IMG/VR virus record: IMGVR_UViG_3300048835_000959
Location: 1 to 61,507 of that record
Length of the DNA: 61,507 bases
Direction: 5' to 3' (one strand)
Source: a virus
Lineage: Duplodnaviria > Caudoviricetes
Position numbers and translations under genes: made by a program
The notes under the pieces: generated by a model
What the model saw: the letters and a program-made list of their open reading frames with translations, nothing else
What the model was told of the DNA's origin: nothing
The model's database searches: none
Shown: positions 16,979-26,871 of the stretch, one piece after another
How positions within the stretch are numbered: position 1 is the first letter of the stretch
Layout: each line of letters begins with the position of its first letter

Positions 16979-19012
16979 TTACTCGCCGGTGACCTTCACA
17001 GCGGCGCGTGGGTCTTGCGAGTTCACACCGAAGTCGATGTATGAACGGAAGCCCATGCCGAGCGTGTTGGCCGGCATTTCAACGCGCTCGATGACCGGCG
17101 TGCGGCGACCATTGAGGAATACGATCTCAAACGCTGGCAGCACATTCGGATTGGCGAACAGATACCAAGCCGAGCCGCTGGCTCCCTGGTAGTAGCTGTC
17201 CGACAAATGCGGCGTTGAAATGACGCGATACTTGTTGCGGTGAGGGTTGTCGACCGGAATTTTTGTCGGCGTTCCTTGCGCATCAATCATCAATTGCGCA
17301 GAGCCCATCAGCAGTTCGGCGTCGGTTTCAATCTCGACGGGAACAACCAAGAACTCAGGCCGAATGTTGATCGGCTTTTGGTCCTTGGCTTTGTTGCTCG
17401 GTCCAGCCTTCTGTTTGCGGAAGGTTGTCTTGGCAACGGTCAGCGACTCGGGACCGAACTTGGTTTCGGGTCCTTGCAGCAAGTTGGCGTTAGCCGAGGA
17501 GAAGAACCCGGTGTTCTTGAGGAGCAACGTAAAGAACAGGTCGTCGATCGACTCGGCTCCGCTGCGACCCATTTGACGCGGGATGTCCATGAACGCGTTG
17601 AGGTCATCATTGATGATATCGTGGCGCGTCAATGCAAGGATCTGGCCATAAGTATCAGCCTTGTTGCTGTACTTTTGGTCGGAAAGCTTGCCATGCTTGA
17701 GCTCACCATCCGGCGCGACTTTTTCAAACCCGCCGGTACCAAGCAATCGATAGCGAGCGATCTCCTTGAAGTCGCTCACAGTACCGATGCTGCACAAATC
17801 AAACGCTGCGATCGGCGTCGATTCATAGGCAGACAGAAGCGTCTTGTTCATTACGTTCTCAAGGATGCCGGGCAGCGACATCGTCGAGAAGCCGGCGCGA
17901 ATCGTTGCCGTTCCATCACCAAAGACACGAGGTACATCGAAGCCTTCGAGCCGCGCGCACTCGGCAACTAGTTCACGCAAGCCAATGTGGCGAAGCGGAT
18001 CGGCAGCGTTGAGCGTTCGCTCTCCGTAGGCCTTGAGCAACTTGGTTTCGTCGAGTCCAACCGATAGACAGCAAGCTGCCTCGAGAACTTCGCGACGGTA
18101 CATCGGTTGGCTTGCCTGTTGATCAGGAGCCTTGGGTCGTTCGATTCGCAGCACTGCCAACTCCGTTTTGGTAACGCTCCAGCCTTCTTCAATGGCGCGA
18201 GCTTCGATCTCTGGATGCTTGCCAGCACACACTTTTCGAATGCCGGCGATACGTTTGGATTCAGCAGCGGCTTCGATACGCATCTTGGAAACGACTCCAC
18301 TCGTGACAGGACGCTTGGGCTTGCTGCCCATATCCAAGCTGGCGTTCACCGGGTCGAGCTCCGAATCATCGGACTCGGTGGTGTCGTCATCCGGCTGTTC
18401 GCTATCGAGGTCCTCGTCATCGCCAGACTGGCCAGCTGCGATCCGAGCCTCGGTGTCGTCGTCGGCACCAAGGGCCACGAACGAGACTTCACCCAGCGTT
18501 GACTTGCGAGCGATGTAGACTGGACCCTTGAACTCGCGATTGTTAGCGGTCGCAGTCTTACCCTCAGGGATGAAGACAACCTTATCTGCGTTCGCGCCAA
18601 GCGATGCCTGCCAAGGAAAGCCGTTCTCGCTGGTGGCGATGACTTCCTGAGCGGTATTGCCCACGCCCGAGATCACACCAGCAACTTCGAGTCGCGAATC
18701 GCCGACCGTGATGTCATCGGTATGACCAACGATACTGGCGCGATCATGGTCCTTGAGGATTGGGCGCGACTTGCGAGTCACTCGCATGCCTGCCAAGTCA
18801 ACAACGACAGGGTAAGGCCAGCCACCAAGACGCATCGCGCCACCGGTGTAAGCGACCATTGAGAACTTTCGCAGCGCCGGCTTGCCTTCTTCGGCAGCCT
18901 CAGCGGCTTGTAAATTGATCGAACTGGCATCGTCACAAACGATTCGCAGCGAGCTTGGTACCGACTCAGCGTCTACCTCACTCTGCTTGTTCGACTGCAA
19001 TGTCTTCGTCAT
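16979..19012 (-). CDS. Fused prohead protease / major capsid protein (Mu gpT-like capsid)
   Basis: N-terminal AYTGG..PILKDHD..WQASLG..EVSFVALGAD protease motifs; acidic linker; C-terminal VSDFK..GELK..TYG..INDDL..DFGV capsid motifs. Confidence 0.85.
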   Translation of the reverse strand: MTKTLQSNKQSEVDAESVPSSLRIVCDDASSINLQAAEAAEEGKPALRKFSMVAYTGGAMRLGGWPYPVVVDLAGMRVTRKSRPILKDHDRASIVGHTDDITVGDSRLEVAGVISGVGNTAQEVIATSENGFPWQASLGANADKVVFIPEGKTATANNREFKGPVYIARKSTLGEVSFVALGADDDTEARIAAGQSGDDEDLDSEQPDDDTTESDDSELDPVNASLDMGSKPKRPVTSGVVSKMRIEAAAESKRIAGIRKVCAGKHPEIEARAIEEGWSVTKTELAVLRIERPKAPDQQASQPMYRREVLEAACCLSVGLDETKLLKAYGERTLNAADPLRHIGLRELVAECARLEGFDVPRVFGDGTATIRAGFSTMSLPGILENVMNKTLLSAYESTPIAAFDLCSIGTVSDFKEIARYRLLGTGGFEKVAPDGELKHGKLSDQKYSNKADTYGQILALTRHDIINDDLNAFMDIPRQMGRSGAESIDDLFFTLLLKNTGFFSSANANLLQGPETKFGPESLTVAKTTFRKQKAGPSNKAKDQKPINIRPEFLVVPVEIETDAELLMGSAQLMIDAQGTPTKIPVDNPHRNKYRVISTPHLSDSYYQGASGSAWYLFANPNVLPAFEIVFLNGRRTPVIERVEMPANTLGMGFRSYIDFGVNSQDPRAAVKVTGE

Positions 19013-20495
19013 CCGTTACCTCTCCTGGAGAAAGTGAAGTTGAATCGGTCGAGAGTCCGAGCTCACGCATGAGCGAGATCTCTTTCGCGCGTTGTTTAAG
19101 TTCCGCCTCCCAATCACGCCCCTGCCTCGCGTATTCATGGGCCAGAGTTGTCGTATGATTGGCGAGGCGGATTTTCTGGGCATTGGCTTCCTTGGCTGGG
19201 TCGACATGCTCATGTCCGTCCCAAAACCATTGATGCTCGAACGACGAGTCGAGAGTGCGAAGCGAGTTAGGCAGATAGCCTTCGATGAGAATCGCTTCGC
19301 GCAGCCATGCGTACAGAATGCGATCCAGAATGGTGCGAGCCATTTGGGACTGCTCGACACGGATCGACTTGAAGTAGGTTTGGTGATCGAGCCGCCCGGA
19401 GGCATAGTTGTAACCCGACGAATTGCCCGCAGCGACATTAAATGGCATGTTCAAACAACGCGCGATCTCATTGAGAATCTCACGCTTGAACTCGGCGTAT
19501 GTCGTCGCTGGTTGCTCCGCATGCATCTGAGCCATCTTCCAACCGCCTGGCATGGTCAGCAGGGCTCGCTTTTCAAGTTCGATCGGCTCGAATGGTTCAG
19601 CGGCGTCGGCTTCGCCACCGGCCGGCGCGTCGGTATAGAGAATCCCAGCGAAGTCAGCCGCTGTTTCGGCAGCCGCAAGAACAGCGAGCGTGAATCGTCG
19701 GAGTTGTGCAAACAGCGGCAGCGCCGGCGTGATATCGGGAACGCCTCGGATCTGGCCTGGTCGATCGCTGCGGAAGTAGTGAAGAATGGAACTCGCGTCG
19801 ATGGTGTCGTAATTCTCGGTCAACGAGAAAGCGTCATCGCCTGGATGCTCTCGGAGTACATCGTATGAGATCGGATTACCGTGCTCATCAAAGCGAATGC
19901 CATCGAGGTAGCGATAGGTGTCGAGTGCCAAGATTGGCGATGTAACTTGTTCGGCTTCGACCAGCTTCAAATCAAGTTGAACCGGCGAATCGATTCTTGG
20001 GTTACTGGTTAACAAACCAAACGATTCACCATCCGAAACGCGAGCCAGCCGCATCGTGCGTAGCTTCTCTGCCAGGCCAACAGCATCGGCCCACGCAAAA
20101 AACTCTTGCTCAACAAATCGGTTGGCGAACGCATCGCCTGTCAGCATCTGCAATCGAGGTCCGGTACCAACACAGTCGTTGGCCAGCGTCAGCGAGATAC
20201 CGCGAGCGTAAGAGTTGTTGGCGATCTCGTATCGCGAACGGTTGCGTAGCGTGCGGCGCACTTCAGGACTATTGGCCGCGCTGGCCGATAGTCCGTCAGC
20301 GGCCGCCCAGTGGCGAACGTTGTCGACCGTGGTGGTCGCAGCGTCGTAGCGCCCCAGCAATCTCACCAACGACCAGGGGTGTCGGGCCGAGCGTCCACGG
20401 ACGAGCGATCGATCTTTGCGATCGCCGTTCTTGCTCAGAATCCCTGACAACAACTTAAACATCCGTGACTCAATCCCTACTGTTAAACCCGACAC
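18978..20495 (-). CDS. Phage portal protein, lambda family
   Basis: LRNRSR..NNSYARG, DGE, RPGQIRGVP, NYASGR and VDPAKE motifs; start may be ATG 20462. Confidence 0.92.
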   Translation of the reverse strand: MSGLTVGIESRMFKLLSGILSKNGDRKDRSLVRGRSARHPWSLVRLLGRYDAATTTVDNVRHWAAADGLSASAANSPEVRRTLRNRSRYEIANNSYARGISLTLANDCVGTGPRLQMLTGDAFANRFVEQEFFAWADAVGLAEKLRTMRLARVSDGESFGLLTSNPRIDSPVQLDLKLVEAEQVTSPILALDTYRYLDGIRFDEHGNPISYDVLREHPGDDAFSLTENYDTIDASSILHYFRSDRPGQIRGVPDITPALPLFAQLRRFTLAVLAAAETAADFAGILYTDAPAGGEADAAEPFEPIELEKRALLTMPGGWKMAQMHAEQPATTYAEFKREILNEIARCLNMPFNVAAGNSSGYNYASGRLDHQTYFKSIRVEQSQMARTILDRILYAWLREAILIEGYLPNSLRTLDSSFEHQWFWDGHEHVDPAKEANAQKIRLANHTTTLAHEYARQGRDWEAELKQRAKEISLMRELGLSTDSTSLSPGEVTDDEDIAVEQAE

Positions 20496-20534
20496 CCCTG
20501 CCTATAGAAACAAGCTCGATCAGTTGCGAACCAA

Positions 20535-20732
20535 TTAGTCCGCCCCTGGTGGCACGAGCTTGTTAAATCGAAGGCCACGCTTCGGTTGAGAGGCGGCTGC
20601 CTTGGATGCCAGATACTTGTCAGCAGCGATCTGCTCGGTCAGCTTATGCTGCTCGACGCTACCGGCATCTCCTGATGCCTTAGCGGGTGCTTTTGCACTC
20701 TCGCGAATCGTTTCTTGCAAGTTGTCTGACAT
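20535..20732 (-). CDS. Small head-completion (gpW-position) protein
   Basis: 65 aa between terminase and portal. Confidence 0.5.
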   Translation of the reverse strand: MSDNLQETIRESAKAPAKASGDAGSVEQHKLTEQIAADKYLASKAAASQPKRGLRFNKLVPPGAD

Positions 20733-20817
20733 ACTGGAAACCCTCTTCGAGTGAAAAAGAAACTCGATAGCCTCTTCCAGTACTAACTATGCAATTTGAC
20801 CGAACGACGTCCCAAAA

Positions 20818-23085
20818 TTATTTGCGTCGGTTCTGCTGGATGTCCTTAAAACTCAAGCGTTTTGGGGATATTTCGCGTGTTGACTCCGTTCCAAATAAAA
20901 TTGCTCCCTGCATCGAAGCCGCAACGGCGGAACCGACGAGACAATCGAACCAGTGGTTGTCCGGCTGCTCGGGGCGCTGCTTCCATTCGTCGACGCTCCG
21001 GCCGCGCGCTTCCGTCTTGACGAAGTACTCCGAGGTCAGATGTTCGGCGAGCATGCGATGGGTTTCGGCGTTCGTTCCGAAGAGCGAGATGCAGCCGCGA
21101 TCGCCCATGGAAACACGAAGTCGAGCGTTGATGAACGACTTCCACCAGTTCGTGTCGTAGACTACGTGGCGGATGGCCCGCTTACCGGCGACGTTTGGGA
21201 TACGCCAGTTGAGCCCGACGCGATCACCTGGCCGGCGTCGGTACTCGCTGAATGGCAAACTCGAAGCACCGACGAATCGACCGTGGCTGGGAATGATCAC
21301 AGCGGCGTGCATGGACTGCCGGCAGAACTGGTAGACCACATCTGTCGATTGCCCCCAGTTGGCATCGATCAAGCAGCGACCGACACGCATCGCTGCACCA
21401 TCATCGCGTTGCCACTCGCGATCGAGCAGTTTCGTTGTCAGAGATTCGAGGCCGGCGTAGATCGATCCCTCGAGTCCGGTACCAGTCGCTTCGGAGCTCA
21501 GCGTCTGGCGAGCCTCGCGCAGCGTAAAGTACGGACGCTGCTGGTCAGGGTAGCAACCATAGTCGATCACATAACCCGTGAAGTCGTCCTCCCAAGCGGT
21601 GACCACATAGAACAGGAGCTTTTGCTGGACGTCGATGAAGGCCGTGAGATGGTTTGCACCTATCGATACCAAGCCGCGATCCATGCGGTTGATCTTGCTG
21701 GAGACCTCTTCTGGTTTGAGCATCCCATCGACAACGGTCTCCGCCGGCAAAGGTTGGTTCTGATATTCGGCGAAGAACGCTGCTTCGTCTTGTAGCTTGA
21801 GATTCATCGCGTGCTGAATCGCCGAGAGTTCGTCGTAGTTGAACCGCTCTTGCCAAGCGATGACCGCGCCTTCGTCCATCGCCACCTGGTTCTGTCGATA
21901 GAACTCGGTGGCCGCTTCACCACCATCACCGCCACGCATTCCTTCGGCGCGGATCTCGGCGTAACGCTCCCACAGCGTTTCGTTCTTGGGGAACGCGTAA
22001 ACCATCTTGGTGCGCTCGCCATTCCATTCCGGATGGCGATTACGATCGAGAATATTGTCGGCCATATCACCCGGACGAATCACGGTGCAGGGCATGATGC
22101 CCGAGATCTTCTTGCCCGGCCCGGCCAAGCCAAGGACTGCGCCGGCGAGAATGCTTTCGCGATTCGCGCATTGCGAAAGCGAACGAGCGCTCTCATCCGT
22201 TTGCGGGTCATCGAGTACCACGAGACTCGGACGTACTGTTCGGCCATCGGGACGTTTGAACTTCATACCTCGGATGCGGCCGGTTAGGCCGGCGACCTTG
22301 ATAATCGCTCCGCTGGCACTGCTACCCTCGATCGTTGGTAAGACGACTTCTTTTGCGGTCCAACCGATCTGCGTGCGTTTGCCTTTATAGAGTTGACCGT
22401 TCGCGCGATTCGAAATCCCATCGAGGGCTTGGATCGGAAAACAAACCTCGGGGAAGTCGGCCAAAAGCAGCTCGTTGCTATCGAGTTCGGTTTTGATTGA
22501 GTCGAGCATATCACACGCATGCCCTTCATCGCTGCCGATCAAACACACAAAGTTGCGATGCCCATATAGCACTGCCCAGATACATGCGACCTCGGCAATT
22601 GAACTCTTGCCGCTACCTCGAGCCATCGCGAGCGCAAACAAACCGCCATGCACAACCGCTTGCTCGATCTTGTTGATGACCTTGATATGGTCCGGCGACC
22701 AAGCGAGATGAAACGTCAACGGGAAATACGTTTCACAAAAGTATCGGAAGTCGCGAGATGCGCGATCTTTGCGATCTGCGTTATCGACCTCCGGCAGTTC
22801 ACCAATGTCACGACCTGCAAGTGCAAGCGCGGCGTTACGAGCACGCGCTCGTTCTTTCATCGCATCGTACGGATCGACACCGCTCGTCGTACGAGGCGTA
22901 TGACGTACGACATGCATCCAGGCACAATAGCGAAGCAAATCGACGGTCTTGTTATCACCGATGCGTGCGCCGGCGCGTTGACGATGGCGATACAACTGCC
23001 GCTCGCTGATCACCTCGCCTAGCGGCGTCGAGTTCAGCAGCCGGCACAGTTCGCTGGGTTTTAGTTTCCTCGGATCACTCGCCAC
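20818..23085 (-). CDS. Terminase large subunit (lambda gpA-like) with N-terminal HTH-like extension
   Basis: ARGSGKS Walker A, VLDD Walker B, FIDVQ and DNHWFDC nuclease motifs; AAGGAG RBS before GTG 23085. Confidence 0.9.
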   Translation of the reverse strand: MASDPRKLKPSELCRLLNSTPLGEVISERQLYRHRQRAGARIGDNKTVDLLRYCAWMHVVRHTPRTTSGVDPYDAMKERARARNAALALAGRDIGELPEVDNADRKDRASRDFRYFCETYFPLTFHLAWSPDHIKVINKIEQAVVHGGLFALAMARGSGKSSIAEVACIWAVLYGHRNFVCLIGSDEGHACDMLDSIKTELDSNELLLADFPEVCFPIQALDGISNRANGQLYKGKRTQIGWTAKEVVLPTIEGSSASGAIIKVAGLTGRIRGMKFKRPDGRTVRPSLVVLDDPQTDESARSLSQCANRESILAGAVLGLAGPGKKISGIMPCTVIRPGDMADNILDRNRHPEWNGERTKMVYAFPKNETLWERYAEIRAEGMRGGDGGEAATEFYRQNQVAMDEGAVIAWQERFNYDELSAIQHAMNLKLQDEAAFFAEYQNQPLPAETVVDGMLKPEEVSSKINRMDRGLVSIGANHLTAFIDVQQKLLFYVVTAWEDDFTGYVIDYGCYPDQQRPYFTLREARQTLSSEATGTGLEGSIYAGLESLTTKLLDREWQRDDGAAMRVGRCLIDANWGQSTDVVYQFCRQSMHAAVIIPSHGRFVGASSLPFSEYRRRPGDRVGLNWRIPNVAGKRAIRHVVYDTNWWKSFINARLRVSMGDRGCISLFGTNAETHRMLAEHLTSEYFVKTEARGRSVDEWKQRPEQPDNHWFDCLVGSAVAASMQGAILFGTESTREISPKRLSFKDIQQNRRK

Positions 23086-23284
23086 GTCCCATCTCCTTCG
23101 CTTGCCACGCGCTGTAGTGCACGAGGTTGATTGTGCCATCGGCGTTCACCGGCGCACCGCTTTGTATGTCGAGGCGGATCTTCTCGGGATCGATCCGCTC
23201 TCGGTATGCGGCCGCAAGTAGCTTCGCCGCTTGCTCGACCGGAAGCCTCGTCGGATCGACCTGGCCCGTTCCTTCACTCATCAC
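23075..23284 (-). CDS. Putative terminase small subunit / Nu1-like DNA-binding protein
   Basis: 69 aa directly upstream of and overlapping TerL; GAP..DGTINL..Y.AW winged-HTH-like pattern. Confidence 0.55.
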   Translation of the reverse strand: MMSEGTGQVDPTRLPVEQAAKLLAAAYRERIDPEKIRLDIQSGAPVNADGTINLVHYSAWQAKEMGRGE

Positions 23285-23462
23285 ATTCCTCCGTGACTTG
23301 GCATCTCGAAACGTGGGGCCACCGTTTGCGCACGGTCGCGTTTTGACCGCATGTTCGCCTGGTTATGCGGAGCATGTTTGGACGCGACGGTGGCGTAATG
23401 TTGGGGCACCGGTGGCCTCTCAAAAAAACATGGAAATTACTGGGAAAAACATGCAAGACGTC

Positions 23463-23504
23463 GCTTGAGGTTCCTCGAAACGCATGGCTCATGTGTGTCA
23501 TCGC
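23463..23504 (+). promoter_or_regulatory. Island repeat copy 1 (GCTTGA-N14-CATGGCTCATGTGTGTCATCGC)
   Basis: Direct repeat upstream of the amidoligase gene. Confidence 0.75.
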
Positions 23505-23556
23505 GACGCAGAAAGCGCGACGCAAAACACACCTCGAACCACACAGGAACGCAACG

Positions 23557-24414
23557 ATGAACGCAAACGAAATCGCCTTCGGAATCGAATTCGAAACCAC
23601 CCTCCCCGGCACCGACAACACACCGATCGGACCCTACCACAACGGATACCAAGTACCCTGGCTGCCAACCGGATGGAAAGCAGAACGAGACGGAAGCATC
23701 CGACCCGAGAACGCCAGCCGCAAAGGTTGCGAGTTTGTAAGCCCAATACTCAAAGGGGTTGAAGGCGTACAGCAGATCGAGAACGCGATCGACCAGATCA
23801 ACGCTCGCGGGGGCCGAGTAAATTCGAGCTGCGGGCTGCACATAACGGTTAGCTGGTACGGAGACGCAGCCGCCTTGGCAAGATTGATTTCCTTGGTCGG
23901 CAACCACGAACGAGCGATCTACGCCTCGACCGGAACCCGCAAACGCGAACAGATGATGTACGCCAAGCGGATCAAACAATACGGCAACAAAGACAACGCC
24001 AAGAGCCGATGTGAATCGGATCGCTACCACCTGCTGAACCTCACCCACCTGACCCGCGGCAAGAACCGAATCGAATTTCGGGCCTTCGGCGGAACGCTCA
24101 ACAAGACCAAGGTGGTCGGATACCTGATGATGGTTTTGGGTTTGGTTGAACTCGCCCTCAATACCAAACGCTGCAGCGAATGGGACTACATCAAGAAGGA
24201 AGGCACCAAGAGTTGTTGGGACCGCCCCGGGGCCGGCCTGGGCGAAACCGAAATCAACCGATTGTTCTACCGACTCGGATGGACCAAGGGTTGGTACAAG
24301 GGTGCTCTTCGCGACAAGGTCTACGGAGAGATCGCCAGCGAAACCAAACCGGAATGGAAAAAGATCAAGACCAAACTCCTTGAGCTCGCCCGCAAATACG
24401 ACCGCGCGGCCTAA
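23557..24414 (+). CDS. Putative amidoligase (COOH-NH2 ligase) family enzyme
   Basis: FGIEFE, DGSI, EFVSPIL, SCGLHI, RYHLLN and IEFRAF motifs. Confidence 0.85.
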   Translation: MNANEIAFGIEFETTLPGTDNTPIGPYHNGYQVPWLPTGWKAERDGSIRPENASRKGCEFVSPILKGVEGVQQIENAIDQINARGGRVNSSCGLHITVSWYGDAAALARLISLVGNHERAIYASTGTRKREQMMYAKRIKQYGNKDNAKSRCESDRYHLLNLTHLTRGKNRIEFRAFGGTLNKTKVVGYLMMVLGLVELALNTKRCSEWDYIKKEGTKSCWDRPGAGLGETEINRLFYRLGWTKGWYKGALRDKVYGEIASETKPEWKKIKTKLLELARKYDRAA

Positions 24415-24580
24415 ACCACAACCACATAGAACGCCGCGAACGGAATCGCGGCGTTCTTTCGTTTGGTCGCGACAGTTGCGCACTGTCGCGTTCTTACGAG
24501 CATCTTCGACCAAGTAACCGACATCCAGAACGACGCGACACGGGCGAACGTTGCGAACCGTGGGGCGTTCCCAGGAACAT
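24412..24580 (+). repeat. ~170 bp structured intergenic element, copy A
   Basis: Colinear similarity to 25522-25710. Confidence 0.7.
24428..24464 (+). terminator. Probable intrinsic terminator hairpin
   Basis: 12-bp stem AGAACGCCGCGA/TCGCGGCGTTCT with 6-nt loop, followed by TTCGTTT, just after the amidoligase stop. Confidence 0.55.
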
Positions 24581-24609
24581 GCAAAAACATTCAGAAAAGC
24601 TGCTGGAAT

Positions 24610-24653
24610 CGGCTTGAGGTTATTCGAACCGCATGGCTCATGTGTGTCATCAC
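24610..24653 (+). promoter_or_regulatory. Island repeat copy 2
   Basis: CGGCTTGAGGTTATTCGAACCGCATGGCTCATGTGTGTCATCAC. Confidence 0.75.
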
Positions 24654-24693
24654 GTAAACGATTCCATTCCCTTTCCGAAACGGAGAAGCACAG

Positions 24694-24987
24694 ATGAACG
24701 ACACAACCACCACCAGCGCCGAACAAGCGATCAAGGACGAACTGCGACGCCTCGGATGGATGATCCCCGACGCACAACGCCGCCTCAACGAGCATGCCCA
24801 AACGATCCTTCGGAGGGCCGAACGAGCGGTCAAGGACATGGAAGCCATGATGGCCAACCAACCCTGCAGTATGAGCTGGGTGGATTTCGCTGAAAGCGAT
24901 CTGCGAAACGCGCGCGAGGCGAAGGCCCAACTCGAGTTCCTCTACCAACAACGAACCATGCTCGAATTCTTTTTGAAGAAGGACTAG
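24694..24987 (+). CDS. Small helical hypothetical protein
   Basis: GGAG RBS; preceded by the repeat. Confidence 0.75.
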   Translation: MNDTTTTSAEQAIKDELRRLGWMIPDAQRRLNEHAQTILRRAERAVKDMEAMMANQPCSMSWVDFAESDLRNAREAKAQLEFLYQQRTMLEFFLKKD

Positions 24988-25182
24988 CGAACGACGCGAA
25001 TTCGCCGGCGGCCACGAGCTGCCGGCGAAGTTCTCGCGAGATTCTTTGGGACCTCGTTCCACCTCTTTTGCATAGATAGTTAATAGAGGGCCAACATACT
25101 CGTCCTCCCAATACGCGAACTTCCGCGGCAGCCAACACGCGGAAAAGAAAGCTGCAGAATCTTTCCCGAATTCTCGCATGCT

Positions 25183-25226
25183 CGGCTTGAGGTTATCGAA
25201 ACCGCATGGCTCATGTGTGTCATCGC
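25183..25226 (+). promoter_or_regulatory. Island repeat copy 3
   Basis: CGGCTTGAGGTTATCGAAACCGCATGGCTCATGTGTGTCATCGC. Confidence 0.75.
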
Positions 25227-25266
25227 GTAAACGATTCAAACCTTTTTCCGAAACGGAGACACAAAC

Positions 25267-25524
25267 ATGACCAACGCAAACAACCCACACGCAGCTACGG
25301 ACGCAACCCTTCGCCAGATCTTCAAAACGATGGACGCCCACCAAGCCCAAGAGATCCGCGAAGCCTACTACAAGGCAATCGAGGGTTTGATGACCTTGGC
25401 AGAAACCCTCGAGATCGCCGACGCGCAACAAACACCCAGCGCCGGCCCGCTTCTCACCGAACACTTCAACGCGGTCCAAGCCCTGGACGCAATGAAGAAC
25501 AGCCGCCTCGGAAAGATCCTCTAA
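25267..25524 (+). CDS. Small hypothetical protein
   Basis: GGAG RBS; preceded by the repeat. Confidence 0.75.
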   Translation: MTNANNPHAATDATLRQIFKTMDAHQAQEIREAYYKAIEGLMTLAETLEIADAQQTPSAGPLLTEHFNAVQALDAMKNSRLGKIL

Positions 25525-25710
25525 ACCACAGACCAGCGGAATGCCACGGACGCCGCGAACGGAATCGCGGCGTTCTTCCGCTTGGTCGCGACACTCGCCC
25601 ACTGTCGCGTTCTTCTTAGCACCTTCGACCAAGTACCCAACATTCGAAACATCGCAACACGGGCCAACGTCGGTGCCCGTAAGGCATCCCGAGAAACATG
25701 GAAGAACATG
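25522..25710 (+). repeat. ~170 bp structured intergenic element, copy B
   Basis: Shares ACGCCGCGAACGGAATCGCGGCGTTCTT, TTGGTCGCGACA..CACTGTCGCGTTCTT and TTCGACCAAGTA with copy A. Confidence 0.7.
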
Positions 25711-25728
25711 GGAAAAAGCTGCTGAAAG

Positions 25729-25772
25729 CGGCTTGCTGCCGGTTGAACCGCATGGCTCATGTGTGTCATCGC
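25729..25772 (+). promoter_or_regulatory. Island repeat copy 4
   Basis: CGGCTTGCTGCCGGTTGAACCGCATGGCTCATGTGTGTCATCGC. Confidence 0.75.
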
Positions 25773-25815
25773 CCAGCGACCAACCGCCTTCACCACGCAA
25801 GAGGAGAACAAACCG

Positions 25816-26091
25816 ATGGCCCGAACTAACGCCAGGCACACTGCTATCAGAACCGCCTTCAAACAAATGCCGCGCGCAACTGCGCTGGACCTCTGTGAGG
25901 ACTACCGCGAAGTGGTCACAAGGTTGAAACGACTGGCTGACAACTTGGCCGGCGCGTTCGCGGTAGCGAGCGGAGGTTCGGCCCGCGCCCTGGAAGCAGA
26001 ACTCCGCATGTTTGAAGAAGCTATCGACGTCCTTTCCGGCAGCATGTTGCCCGAAGCGATCGACGAATGTTTGCCTTCCAAAGAATGCTGA
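25816..26091 (+). CDS. Small hypothetical protein
   Basis: GAGGAG RBS before ATG 25816. Confidence 0.7.
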   Translation: MARTNARHTAIRTAFKQMPRATALDLCEDYREVVTRLKRLADNLAGAFAVASGGSARALEAELRMFEEAIDVLSGSMLPEAIDECLPSKEC

Positions 26092-26118
26092 AAAAACCTG
26101 CTGAAAACATTGAAAGGA

Positions 26119-26162
26119 CGGCTTGAGGTTATCCGAACCGCATGGCTCATGTGTGTTATCGC
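26119..26162 (+). promoter_or_regulatory. Island repeat copy 5
   Basis: CGGCTTGAGGTTATCCGAACCGCATGGCTCATGTGTGTTATCGC. Confidence 0.75.
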
Positions 26163-26199
26163 ATAACCAATTTTCATTCACCCAAACGGAGAACCAAAC

Positions 26200-26475
26200 A
26201 TGAATCTCGACACCCTGATCGAAATCCTCAACGACTACCGCGAAGAGTTCGGAGGCGACGCCGAAGTGCGGCTGATGACCCAGCAGAACTGGCCTTTCGA
26301 GAACCGCATCTGCGGCGTGACCAGCGGACGCGACATGAACGAAGCGGACGATGAGGATGCGGACGCCGACGACGATGACCAAGACGTCGCCGACGACCAC
26401 ACGGTCTACATCGTCGAAGGTGGCCAGATCTGCTACGGCAGCAAGCGAGCTTGGGAAACATGTCGCGATAGCTGA
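26200..26475 (+). CDS. Small acidic hypothetical protein
   Basis: GGAG RBS; AEVRLMTQQNWPFE..VYIVEGGQ..YGSKRAW with an Asp-rich loop. Confidence 0.8.
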   Translation: MNLDTLIEILNDYREEFGGDAEVRLMTQQNWPFENRICGVTSGRDMNEADDEDADADDDDQDVADDHTVYIVEGGQICYGSKRAWETCRDS

Positions 26476-26536
26476 CCGCAACACGCCGATGCGCCGGGAG
26501 AAAGGTTCTGGAAAACCTTCAGAATCTTTCCCCCTT

Positions 26537-26580
26537 CGGCTTGATGCGGTTTGAACCGCATGGCTCATGTGTGTCATCGC
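26537..26580 (+). promoter_or_regulatory. Island repeat copy 6
   Basis: CGGCTTGATGCGGTTTGAACCGCATGGCTCATGTGTGTCATCGC. Confidence 0.75.
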
Positions 26581-26619
26581 ATACGACATATCAAACACGA
26601 ACAAACGGAGATCAACACG

Positions 26620-26868
26620 ATGCCAACCATGACCAACCGACCACGCCTGACCTCGGCCCAATTCCTCGGAGCGCACCGACGAGCGCTCGAGACGATCAGC
26701 GACCTGTACGCAGCGATCGAAGAGATGCCGATCCTTGCCGCTGCAGACCCAACGACCATGAAACGGTTCTTCGACGAGTTGGCTGATGTGCAAGCCACAG
26801 CCGCCAAGCTCGCCCAGCATTTCCGCACGCAGGTATGCACCGAAGAAAAGATTTCGAATTCCTTTTGA
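26620..26868 (+). CDS. Small hypothetical protein
   Basis: GGAG RBS before ATG 26620. Confidence 0.7.
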   Translation: MPTMTNRPRLTSAQFLGAHRRALETISDLYAAIEEMPILAAADPTTMKRFFDELADVQATAAKLAQHFRTQVCTEEKISNSF

Positions 26869-26871
26869 ATC

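Noticed and set aside
23274-23621. 115-aa minus-strand ORF covering the gap between the long ORF and the terminase small gene
   Set aside because: Could be a second short bridge, since its stop overlaps the start of 23075..23284, but no coupled start or RBS is evident and the length is within chance
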